A DNA stretch of 64,000 nucleotides, taken from the NCBI GenBank assembly GCA_000934665.2, contig KZ538069.1, forward strand, positions 62,001 to 126,000, given 5' to 3'. The stretch is from Catajapyx aquilonaris (taxonomy: Eukaryota). Below the pieces are notes generated by a model, which searched no databases, was not told the DNA's origin, and was given only the letters and a program-made list of their open reading frames with translations. The translations under genes were made by a program, and so were the position numbers. Within the stretch, counting starts at the first letter, position 1. Each line of letters opens with the position of its first letter. This document shows positions 23,001 through 34,700 of the stretch, piece by piece.

Positions 23001-24327
23001 ATGTTGCAGTCTTTCAGTTCTGTTATGCAGTTATGCATCAATAATAGTTATGCAGTAATAACTTAAGATGGCAATGTTCACTACCAATGTAAGACATACA
23101 CTTCTGTCATAATGACAAATTCCAAGTCAATAGGCCTACAGAAAGGCAAAAATGTAAAGGCACAAAATGTTGTGGCATTGGGGGTGACTCAAGTACTGTA
23201 TGCAAAAATAACAATTTTGATGTATTAACTTGAGGCTGGCATTTGTAACTTTGTGGTTGATTATACTCTCAAACTCCATCCTCCAATCCCACCCTGTCGT
23301 CATGGTCTGTGATTTCAATATTGAATGCTCATGCCATGGTACAACGTTTTGAGCATTTCCACACTTCCTTTACATTGATTTAACCAGTCTGTGATAAAAT
23401 TTACTTCAATAAAATAGCCCCACGTTGTGTGCCATGCCTATGAACAGTTATAATTAGGTTCAAATATGTAGTTTGCACAATTACACTCCGAATCACATAA
23501 GTGTGAACCTTTTTGGATATCCATACGCCCGAGGGGTTGGTGAGCCGCCAAGCAGCAAAATTTGTCCCCTGTATCTCTGGCTTTCTGAAAGATACAGTGC
23601 TGGTACATGTAATTCGAATGCCTAATTATCATGGGCAGCCCATGCGGAAGCTGCAGCGTTACACAAACTGCACATTTTGTTGTGAAGAGCGGTAGGGCCC
23701 GGCATGTTGGGCACTACTTTCAGGTGGTTCACCACCCCTCGGGCGTACGCATATCGAAAAAGGCTCACTCTTATGTGAATCGGACAGTAGACACGGTAGT
23801 TGTGAAAATTCTTGCTGGCCAATTTCACTGTAAGGAATCTTGACGGTTAGGATCCATCATTTTAAGTTAGTGCTGCCAACCCCAATGCTCCAAATGTCAG
23901 CTCTCTAACAGTGGATTGAATGGTCACAGATATGCATCTGTCAGCCTCTTTCTTCAATATCACTTGTCCCTTTACCTGTCCATTCAGTTTCAGCTCTAAT
24001 TTCGGTTGTGACACCCTACCGATCCAGCACTTGCCATTTTGAAGGTATTACCTTCACCAATATGTCTTTTCATCCAACTTTTCAACACTACATTCAGTAG
24101 TTGATGCAATGACCCAAATTATTTTACAATGATATCCAATCGCTTCCTTTCACATTGGCATAAAACAGTCCAAAATCTGTATGAGAAAACCACCCATCTA
24201 TCCTGCTGTTTGCCACTTATGCACGACATTACTGCCGTGGGCTTTACACCTGCTACACTGTAACACAGTCCCCATCTGGCTATTGGGCAAGTCTATCTCA
24301 CCCAGACAGCAACAGACAACGTACCAT
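17067..24327 (-). CDS. ARCN1: Coatomer subunit delta (delta-COP, archain), 524 aa
   Basis: Exons 24327-24325 (ATG|gtac, inferred), 21079-20816, 20166-19545, 19238-18975, 18686-18358 and 17159-17067, total 1575 nt with consistent phases. [23 protein letters not shown]...[15 protein letters not shown] (longin domain), [26 protein letters not shown] and the C-terminal TDKYEIV* (mu-homology domain). Confidence 0.96.
22616..22920. mobile_element. MITE, copy 1 (CCGA(T/A)TCACATAAG TIR family)
   Basis: TIRs ccgattcacataagagtgaacctttttcgatat and tatccaaaaaggttcacacttatgtgattcgg. The body matches the reverse complement of 23482-23789. Confidence 0.85.
23482..23789. mobile_element. MITE, copy 2, inverted relative to copy 1
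   Basis: ccgaatcacataagtgtgaaccttt ... aaaaggctcactcttatgtgaatcgg. The internal ggcatgttgggcactacttt is the reverse complement of aaagtagtgcccaacatgcc in copy 1. Confidence 0.85.
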
Positions 24328-24830
24328 GGTTTCTGGTGCTATCTCAATGGTAAAGGGTATTGACAATACAATCCGCGCTGTCTGCCTGCACAGCACTTGG
24401 GTAGTCTTTCTGGCGTGCTACGGCTGGCCTCGCCCCATCCTCCTAGTCACGCGCCAAGCGTCCGCCTGTTCCCTTCTGCCCTGTCGCCCGACGATGTTCA
24501 CACCGTCTCCGGCTCTTCGCCTTCCAGCGGCCGAGCAAGTATGGTATCCACGCAAGCGAAGCGAGAGACTCTCCACTCCGAAGGCAGAGTAGCAGCAGCC
24601 GCAGGCCCTGCTTGAGACCGACCACGAAATGTGGTGACGTGGAAATGCGACCATCGCTCGACAGGTGGCACGCAATGCACCTCCACGTACAAAGAATCGT
24701 TCCATTAGGTGCAGTCAGTTGTGGAATCATAGGCCATCTTTGATATAGTCGCATACATGCGCGGGGAGCACGAATTCATTGGCAACGTCAAGTACTGTAA
24801 GTGCCCTACTGGCGACATACCGCTGTGAAA
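24328..24830 (-). promoter_or_regulatory. delta-COP 5'UTR and CpG-rich promoter with a TGACGTGG (CrebA/CREB3/XBP1-type) motif
   Basis: CpG-rich island immediately upstream of ATG|gt. TGACGTGG at 24635-24642; CCACG cores near 24622 and 24683. Confidence 0.6.
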
Positions 24831-25322
24831 AATTATTGCATCACCTGCATTTTATGAATATAAATGAAGGTACTTTTACGATCTGCTTTCTGATTTGAAG
24901 CATATTTGGTGTGTATTCGATTCCTATTTAATGGATAATTCCAAAAATGTTATCAACGCTTACATTTTATAAATATAGACCCATTAATATCAAGCAAAAC
25001 GACACAAACTGTAATTTCAAGTCGATTTCCAATACTTACTTTGCCTAAATAATGCAAAAGTTTGAAAATCCCAAAGTATATACCAATTATTATGTCCATA
25101 TATTATAATAAATTGCAGGCCTTTTAATCTGGTTTGTTCTTCCTGAATATCTAGTACTGCCACTCTATGACCTAATAAACAGCCTATAGTAAAGTGGCAT
25201 ACCATTGGAAAAAAAAAAGTTCACAGTTACAATTACAGAACACAGTGATAATAAGTCCTCTCCTGGAGCTCAAGGGTGTTTCTTAGGTGGCTACCCACTA
25301 GAATGGAAAGACCAATCAGCCC

Positions 25323-25384
25323 TAATGTACGGAAAACAAGAGAACGGTCTGACGTCAGATCGTTCTCTGATTTTCCATACATTA
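25323..25384. repeat. Imperfect palindrome centred on TGACGTCA
   Basis: taatgtacggaaaacaagagaacggtctgac|gtcagatcgttctctgattttccatacatta. Confidence 0.75.
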
Positions 25385-27654
25385 TCGTATGTACAGTATT
25401 TTATAAGTAATTGGAATTAAATCTAGGGCAGTTCATGGCTGTGGTGCTCCTCAACATAACTACGAACGTATTCACCTGAGTTTTAACCTTTTAATTCTTT
25501 ATTATTCCTTGGTGAAAATATGCTATAAAAGTAACTTATCTGAAACAATAAAGCCCATTTTGCCCCTGGGGATAACTTCTGGAGATTTCTTCTCCATAAT
25601 GGCCCTTTTTATCATGGTGACTTTTTTCCTTCAGAACCACCAAATAGTGCATCTCATTCATTACACCAGAGCTTGTTGCATGCATCTATCCTGTCTGCTC
25701 ACTAACCCAATACCAAATCATGACAGACCGTGTGTTTGTCTTTCTAGCCAAGAATTCAAGGATGAACTCTACACAGCTCCAACAGCTCATACAGTGAATG
25801 CCATGGAATTATTAGCCTAATATTAGGCTAATAATTCCAGGCTGAAGTGAGCTTCATTTGAGAAAAACATGTTCCCAATAGTCCACAGTATAGTCACTGC
25901 ACTTTCTATCCCAAGTCAGCCATCATCTGATGATAGTTTCAGTCACCAGAGAATTCTTCTTTTGCCCACATGCCATGTTAATGGCCTCTTCTCACAGCTG
26001 TTTATGCTACTTTGCTTTTCAAATTTATCCACAGTTTGCCTTGATGATAATATCTGGGTTTAGATGAAAATCGAGGGGCTCCCAACAAGAGTGGTACAAG
26101 TGACAAAAAATGAAAAAAGTTACATATACCATTGGCATCGTTGCGATACCATCTTTCACGTGCAATACTGGTTGTTATGCAGAAAAATTCCTGGACGACT
26201 TGAACCGCAAAGATTCATATTTGATCAAAAATGACATCACAGTTATGTCATTAACTTTACGTCCCATTTTCTCAGAAACAACATTGTGACTTGAACTGCT
26301 GAGATCAAACCCAACCATCCCCTATAATACTGTAAACATCATTTTAATAAGGAATATAAGGGAGTTTTCAACTTAAGGCTTGTGGAAAATATCCATACCC
26401 AATCCATTATAGTAGAGCTCCAAAGTAATAAATGCAGCATTATTTTTAGTTTTTCCCATGGTTAGATCTAGCTGCTTTTGCCTGGGAGCTCTACATATGC
26501 CTCTCAAGAAAGGCAATGTGAAACAGGCAAATAAATCACTAGCATAAATTCCAGCCATGGAAGCACCTAAACGTCTGTCTGCATGGGGCAATTCTTCATT
26601 GCACAATGCTAACTTCAGCAAACTGTAGGCCTATACATTTTGTAAAACTGAACAGGTGAACCTCTCCCCCCTCAATATGCCCCTGCTTGACTACATACAC
26701 CATAGCAACATTTCAGTACCTTCACATCTCTTCAAGATACTGGAGGGACAGCAGAACACGGACTGAGACACTCTCCCAGTTGCGTTTAGACAGATGCTTT
26801 CTACACTTACGAGACGTCAGAATTGCACTTGCATCTTTGAATCATACTAGAACATGCTTTCTCTGATGGCTGGCCTGGATGGATCTGCTAATTCAGACTA
26901 CTAGGTAAGGTGGAAATGGGAGGGTAAAAATTAAAAATAAACTTCCACTGATGTTGCTTCATGTTCCATATTTTATTGATGAACTGCATTGCTTTGGTTG
27001 CAAGCCAAGATTCAAAATCCAGACTAGATCAGCAAAAAGCACCGTTTCAATAATGGCATACACTGCCAATGACTATGCCTTTCTGCTCAAGTGTTCTTCA
27101 CATGTCATAGAGCCACACTGTTGTTCACTGAATCACAGGAACTGCTTCTTCCCTAGTACTTATTTGCTGGTAAGTTTTTGAACAAAATTATTTCAACAAT
27201 AGCACACTTCTCGCTCGCTCTCTCTCTATCCCATCATGTAACAAAATTTTGAATGAAAGAGTAATGTCAAGAAGAACTCATGACATGCATGACATTTTTT
27301 CTTCCAAAATAGAAACTTTGTAAACTTTGACACTGTTATCTCGTGCACACATAAAAAATTCTGTCAACAGGTAAAAGTGGGTGAAATATTCCAGAAATGC
27401 ATATGATATTAACATTCCACCACAACACAGGCTTTCAAACAAAAATAACCAACAACCTTCAATGAAGTACACTATGGCAGGGAGGTGAAGTGGTGCAGGC
27501 AGTAACATTTGCACCCAATAATAGAAGAGTGCCAGGTTTAATCAATGCCTAAGCTTTCATTTCTTAACCAAGAGAAATCAGGCTCACCAATTTTTCTTGG
27601 GTAGGATTTCTGCTAGGCTTTTAGACCCATCCAGGGGAATGCAGAAAATGGCTG

Positions 27655-27815
27655 TAGTGACACTGCACTGGCATGTCACCACTTTTCCCCAACACCTCTA
27701 ATTCTTCATTAGTAACCAGGCATCTCACAAAAGGTCCAAATGTACGCTTAGAGTAATTAAGGTTTCGTGCCAGATGCCTCGAAAAGGCTGTGCACTACCC
27801 ATCATTAAATAATAG
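27655..27815 (+). mobile_element. Truncated SINE/LINE 3' tail related to the 61.5 kb SINE
   Basis: gacactgcactg...aggtccaaatgtac...aaggtttcgtgccagatgcc...gtgcactacccatcattaaataat resembles the 3' end ...aggtccaatgtatac...gtgcactacccggattatt of 61356-61694. Confidence 0.5.
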
Positions 27816-30800
27816 AAGTACAATATGTGGCTGCAGAAGAAATATACAAACTGTCCCATCCACCACCCATGTGTTTAAAAAAGTTTACAATTCTCACCAT
27901 AGCACATGACCTTATTACATAGAAACAAACTCCCCCATCAGATCATAACATCAGTGATCAACAGAAATATCACTCCATTTTCTCCAATGAAATCTTCCCA
28001 TTCAAGATAAGGATATGGTCTGAGTACCTTCAGTTTTCTAACTGACATGGAAGGTCAATGGAACACCTTGCACATATTTTTGATTCAACAAGTACTGCAA
28101 CAGAAAGTCTGCAGCTAAACTGTTAAGTACATTTCATAGCCCAAAAAAGCAATAACTTCAGTAACTTTATTTCACTGCACTTTTTTAGGGCACATAGGAA
28201 TGGCTGTGACTTGAAACACTTCTTGAAAGCAGCCAGGGAGAAAAGCATAATGTTTCAAGCATTTGGCACCCATTGTCCCAACACTACAATCCATTTCTAG
28301 ACAATTTTATATTTGGCAGAAGGTTCAAGAAAAGTTAATAAACTAGAAGCAAGTAATCTGGATCCAGTCAGCATAAAACTGACATTAGGATTTCTTTTCT
28401 TGACGGAATGGTCTGATGATTCTCAAGTGTCAGTGTCAGAAAGGGATCAATGTAGCCGCTATTGGGCCAAAATTCCATTTGTCCAGTTAAATAGAGCCCA
28501 CTACAGTGAGTGGAACAAAAGTCAGTTCACGTCTGTGTGGATAATAATGTCAAATGACTTGCTAATCAGCTGGCTAGGAAGCAGAAGTAATAGTAACAGT
28601 GAAAGAGTGCATCAGCCAACTGTATGTCTCTTAGCTGCTTATCTGATGGGTGGCAAGCTGATATGCCATAGGCCTACATTTCCACCAATACAGATCGGAG
28701 GTGACCCTTGTTCCATCCAATGTATGAGAAGCCAAAACTAAATGGGAATGGGATGAAATGTGGAAATAATATTTGGATGCATGCAAAATGTGCTGTTCAA
28801 CAAAAAAATAGTAACAGGAGTGAAACTCTGCTTTTAAAAAGTGGCTTTTGCACTTCCAGCCAACAGTGTCATGAGGAAAAAATTGCAGCTTTCAAGAAAC
28901 CTTAGGTGCTGAGTTTCATTATGAAAATGTTCAAAAGCAGAGTAAAAAGTTCCAAACATTCTCTAGGAGATAATAGTTGTGATGTCTGTTAGCTACACCC
29001 TACTTTGAAAAAGCTCAACAATGGCAAACACTTCCTTAAATTTCATACAATAAACTTTGTTTTGAGAACTTCAGGTCCCTTTTTGGGACTTCAAAATAGT
29101 CAACTTGCTTTACTTTTCTTTTTGTACCTGCTTTGTCACTAATTCCCAATTACTATCAGATTATGCATTTCCAGGTCACATACAAGTTGCCATTATTAGT
29201 GCAACAATAAGATTTTGTAGCTCCTAGATATAAATTTGCTTCCAGAAGCAACAAAAGGAAAGGAGCTCAACTTAGCTATCTGAGGACTTTCAACACAGGA
29301 CACCATATATTAAAAGTTCATGTAAAAATAAGTACCACAATTATAAAAATTCTCCAAAAAAATGTACAAAAAAGTAAGCATTCATATGCTATTAGTACCC
29401 ATAGGATCATAATTCAATTACTTCAACAGAAATATAGGTTAGTGTGTACAAAAGGAAATGACAGCAAAATGTCAGAACACAAGTCCAGAATAAAAAATAA
29501 CATGTAACAAAACATTTACCCACTCATGTCAGTAGTGTGGGATTTTCTACCTGCAATTGAAAAATTCTTCTTTACACACGTCCAAATCAGCAGCCTCCTT
29601 TCAAATCCTTCAATCAACCCTAAATGAACAACAACTCTCTCCACCTGCATAGATGTCGTTAAAAAGTGATAAAATAAAAATAAAAATTTTCAGCTATCAT
29701 CCAACAGAACACTGTTTGGTACATAAAATAAACTAGTAAACTTTACAAATAACTGCGGCTGCTTAAAGAAACAAAATTAAACAAAACTTTTCCATGAGTC
29801 AAATCTCTAAGACATGTGATCTACATTTACATTAGCTTTGAATGTATATTCTTCATGTGGGAAACCACAACTAGGGCCTACTAGGTACTGGGGCAGGGAG
29901 GGGGAGAAATATAGGGCAAAAACTGGCAATGGGACTTTTCCTGTCAAAGTGGCTAAACCAGGTTAACAAACACTTGCTTTATCTTGTACAGGTGAGGGAA
30001 GCAATGAGTGAAGGAAAGATGCAAGTCCTAAGGCAAATACAAAATATCACAAGGCCACATTCAGAAAAGCTGGATATTTTTCTTTCTTTTCATGTGTCTG
30101 TGCTTGAAACTGTGCTTGATGCATAGTGTACTTTTTCTTTCGATATAGAGATGTCAATAAAATTTCATATTAAATAATAAAAAAGGTCTTTTAGCTGTTT
30201 GGATTGTTTCTCTTCTGTAAAATAAACTAAAATGAAAGCGCAGAGTATCTTCTGAGAAATTTTCTTCTCTCCAAATCCTCACAAGTCTTGCGCTTTGCCA
30301 TCTACTCTTCCTTTGGTAGCCGCAAATAGTCACTGTCAAAATAATAACAAATAACTTAATCACATTTTATGCAACAGGAGATGACTTGTAGTGTTAGTGA
30401 AACAAACTTAAAAAGTAGAGCTTGTCTTGTGCTACTTGCATGTGCTGATATACACTTGGAATTAAACATCTGCGTGTTATCAAGTCACTACAAGACAAAC
30501 CTTGGTAAGACACCAAAGCTTGAAAGCAGTCAATCACATCGAAGAGTTTTTTTTTTGATAATATTGTGCATGTGATAAAAAACATCTGCTTATAGGAGCA
30601 AAGTGAAAATCGTGCTTATGTTTATAATAATTCAGCATTTTCCAATTAGCCATTACAAACAACTTGATCATGGCAGGAAGGCATGACAGAGTTCTACAAA
30701 GTTTTACCATTTAAAAGCCGTCACATTTTGTTGGAAGACCAATACTTGAAATAATTTAATTTCTCGCAATTTTTCAGGTGATCACCTTGTTCCAAATTTC

Positions 30801-31757
30801 ATGTTAGCTTCTGCTTCATATGCACAAGATTGGCTTCTGAGGAAAGGAAAACATGCTGATGTCCACACTCAACAACTACACAGCACATCATGGCAGAGTA
30901 ATAATCATAACATCACCAAAATGCATCAACTACTGCTTCTTACTACTCTAACCTGTTCCTAATAAAGAGAAACAATACAGTCCTTTTTTTTCCACCGTTG
31001 GCCTCCTTGCAACAGTTGCTCCAAAAATAATACACAATGCAATAGAGGGTAACAAGGGTAAAAATGCAAGAGTGGGGCACTATATGGCACAGGTGGTTTA
31101 AAATGCAGTGTTAAGTAAAAACTGAAAACAAGGGCAAGAGAGAAAACAAACAAACAAGGAGGCAGTAACCAAAATCATACAGCTTACCTATTCACTCAGA
31201 ACAGGCAGGAGGGACCAGAAATAAGAAACAAAAATACACATTAGATATCCAGGATTGGACTTTCAATTCAACACTTTTCTTTTGTTGCCCTAACATTCAC
31301 AGCTAAACTTTTCCACAACAAATAAATGTCATTAAAAGTTCTCACCACACACCATAATTCACATGATTATGAGTTGGCCAAGTGCAGAGATTATATTTAC
31401 AGGTTAGTTGGCTTCTCAGATGTTTAAATAACAAGTTGACTGTTCATCAGTTGATTACACTTATTGTGAAGATCATAATCATGTGAATTTAATTACCCAG
31501 TCATGCCACTAGACAATTACCTCGACTTGTACGAACAGAATGGGGCAACCCCTTTCCACAAAAGTTGTAAAATAATGAACATGTACTACCCACAAATGCA
31601 GAAAACAAATCTGAAGACTTCACTCTACTCTGTACACTGTACACAATGTTGAAAAGTACAGATTATGCAAGGATGACTAATGAAAATACAAACTTGAAGA
31701 CAAGACACACAACAAAAAATAAGAAGAGCACTAGTAGAAGAAAACAGTTTTCCCAAC

Positions 31758-34700
31758 TTACAGCTCGATGTTGTGTATAGTTGAACTGGGGCATAGAGAG
31801 TCCACTTTGACGTGGCAATGCTTGTGGCAGCGGAACTGACAGTCCCTGCACTCATATCCTTGCTTCCCTATCCTCCGTGCCACAGACTTGCTGCACACTT
31901 GGCAGGCCATCCCACTGCACCACACACACAAAAAGGAATATTTATTACACATTGCAATTGCGAAACCATCCAAGTAATAAATATTTCATGCAGCATCAAT
32001 TCGGCTATAGGACAGAAGGCTAAAACAGGCAACATGCTATTTGCACCACACAGGCCTACTTCTGCACAAAAACGGATCTCTTTTACAACAAAAAAGGAAG
32101 GTTTTTTTTACAGCATGACAATATGAACTGAGCCATTATTCAAGTATTGCTGAGAAGTTGGGTCATATGTAAAGCATTTAAAAAATACTGCAAACAAACT
32201 ATATTTACCAACTTCTCATGCACATCTTGGAAGAACTCCCAAACCACCTTTTTGGGGAGCCATACAATTACCCCAAAGAGAGGTATCATACCTACCATAC
32301 TATTAACCCTGAGGAACAGAAAGAAATTAACATAATGCAAGGAAAGCCTCCATTACTCCCCCTCTTTATGCAGGAAACACAAAACACAAGCAATGAGAAG
32401 AAACAAAGAAACAAGTCATTGAGAGAACAGCCTTATGTGTCATGAACAAATAAGCACCAAATGCAGAAGAAAGTTGAAAAGTGAGCTTACCCAGGTAAAT
32501 GTTTGGCCACAAAAGTGTGGTCATTATAAATGTGGAGCTTAGTTCCCTTCTTTTTCCATTTTCCCTTCTGCGCTATTGACAGTGGAACTAAATAGTGCCT
32601 ACAAGAATACAGAAAACACATTAATTCATGCTTACATGTATTTCCACACACTGCATGTGAATCCAGTACTTCTAAGTTGCGCATAAAAATGGGTACTACT
32701 CACTTCTTGATTCCATTCTCCATCGTTTCCAAGACGAGAATGGAATCTTCATTGACGTATGTCCTGGTGGATGCACTGCTGATTCCTGAAACTTCACTTA
32801 AACTTGAGCGTGTCGAACCATCATCTACACCTTTTGGAACTGCCAGTGAATTACCTGCAATGTGTTGGGGCTCAGATTCAGATTGCAATCATGGATTCAA
32901 CAAATATGCAAGCACTGTATCTACATGTGAGGGCAAGAAATGTGCTGACATGGAATTCAAAAAAAAAAAAAAAAAAAAGACAGGGTAAATTAAACTCACC
33001 ACGTGAAATCAATCCAGACAGAGAAGTGAAGTGGGGTTGACATTACAGTAGTTGCAGTGAGAAGGGGAGAAGAAATGGGGGGGAACCAAAATGTTAGTTG
33101 CAAGTGGCAGACATACCACAGCATGCACACACATTCTTTCTTCATCACACTGTTAGACCAGGTGCAAACTAGGTGATGTGACTGCAACACGAGCTGAAAA
33201 GTTGCAGAAATAGAATGCACACACACCCATCCATTTACTTCAACCAATGACTTCAACTATCATCTAGTTTGTCTAGTTTGTGCATTTTAGTTCAAATTGC
33301 GGAGGCCGAGGGCAGAGCAGTAACACTGCTGCCCTCTGCCTTGGCAATATGAACTAAAATACCAGCAGGGGTTGAAATGGGTGATGGTAATACCAGACAG
33401 TGGATGGGAGTGTGAGAATCCTATTCACAGACGAATTACCTACTTTACACCTGGCCTTAGAACCTACTCCATCAGAAAATGCACCATTTATGAGTAGCTT
33501 GGATGACAACTACTTCCACATTCCTTTAACCAAGTTCTTGAAGTGCTTGAAAACCTAACTAACCATGTTGCAATTTGTCATCCTGGCTAGTCACAGATTA
33601 GGGCTGCATACCCACCACATGTTTCTTGGAATGTCCCTACCTGAGAAGGAAGTGTCCTCTGCCCTGGCCCTGTCTGCAGACACAGACCTAGCCATAGAGC
33701 TGTCTCTGCTCACAGACTGGTAGTCGCTGCTTCCAGGATCCATCGATTGGGAGCGGTTCTTGGAGCGACTTAGACGTTTACGGATGGTCCCAAAGAAGTC
33801 CCTCTTCTTGCGCCTACTCCTGCCTCTGTCTGCAAGCATAATGGGCAGAATCTGATAATTTGATTGACAATAGAAAAGCCTGCAATAGTGGCTCTTTTCA
33901 AACACTGCTATTGTGTTCTAAAGTAAAATAATTTGACTTTAGATCCACAGGCACAAAAAAGTTGTGGCACAAGGAAGAGGACCGTACTTTTAACCCCTGC
34001 TCACACCAATCTTCACTGTCACATAACACACATCTCATGGTATAAGCCACAACAAAGAACTGCACATTAAAAACAAAAGTTTTCAGTCACTGGCTTGTGA
34101 AAGCATTGAGGGTCAATGGAAAGGAGGAGGAAGCAGGTTCAAGTGTCAAGACCCCTATTTTTACATCAACTTCTCGGTGAAGATACATCATTATTTCAAA
34201 TGCCTTAAAATGCAAAATAATTGCAAATCAATTTTGGAAGACATCCCTTTGGTTCTCATTACTGCCAGACAATTCCAAAATTCCTGCTGGTTGTCAGTCA
34301 TTTGCAAATTAATGTGCTGGAATCCCACTCAAGGGAAGGAGTAGCAGTAAAAGGGTGGAGTGAGGCCATGCAGATTTCCTGCCTTTCCAACCTCTCCCCA
34401 CACTTACGCATTGGTCACCCAAATCCCAACACTCGCCAATTGCAGCTCACCCTGAGCTTACTTTATCTCTTGCAAGTTATTTTGCAAGGATCCTTTTAAA
34501 AATCACTTATTCTATGTCACACATTCTGAGTAATTCATGCTCTGCAGTGGTCAAACAGTTTCCAAGTTAATGGTTTCATGAAACTTGTATTTCCTTCCTA
34601 AATATACAGTATACCTTACAGCAGCCACTCTGGTCTACCACATACCCATTTCAGCTGATGAAGGAATATCTCCACCTGAAGCTTCTGAATTGGTTGTTAT

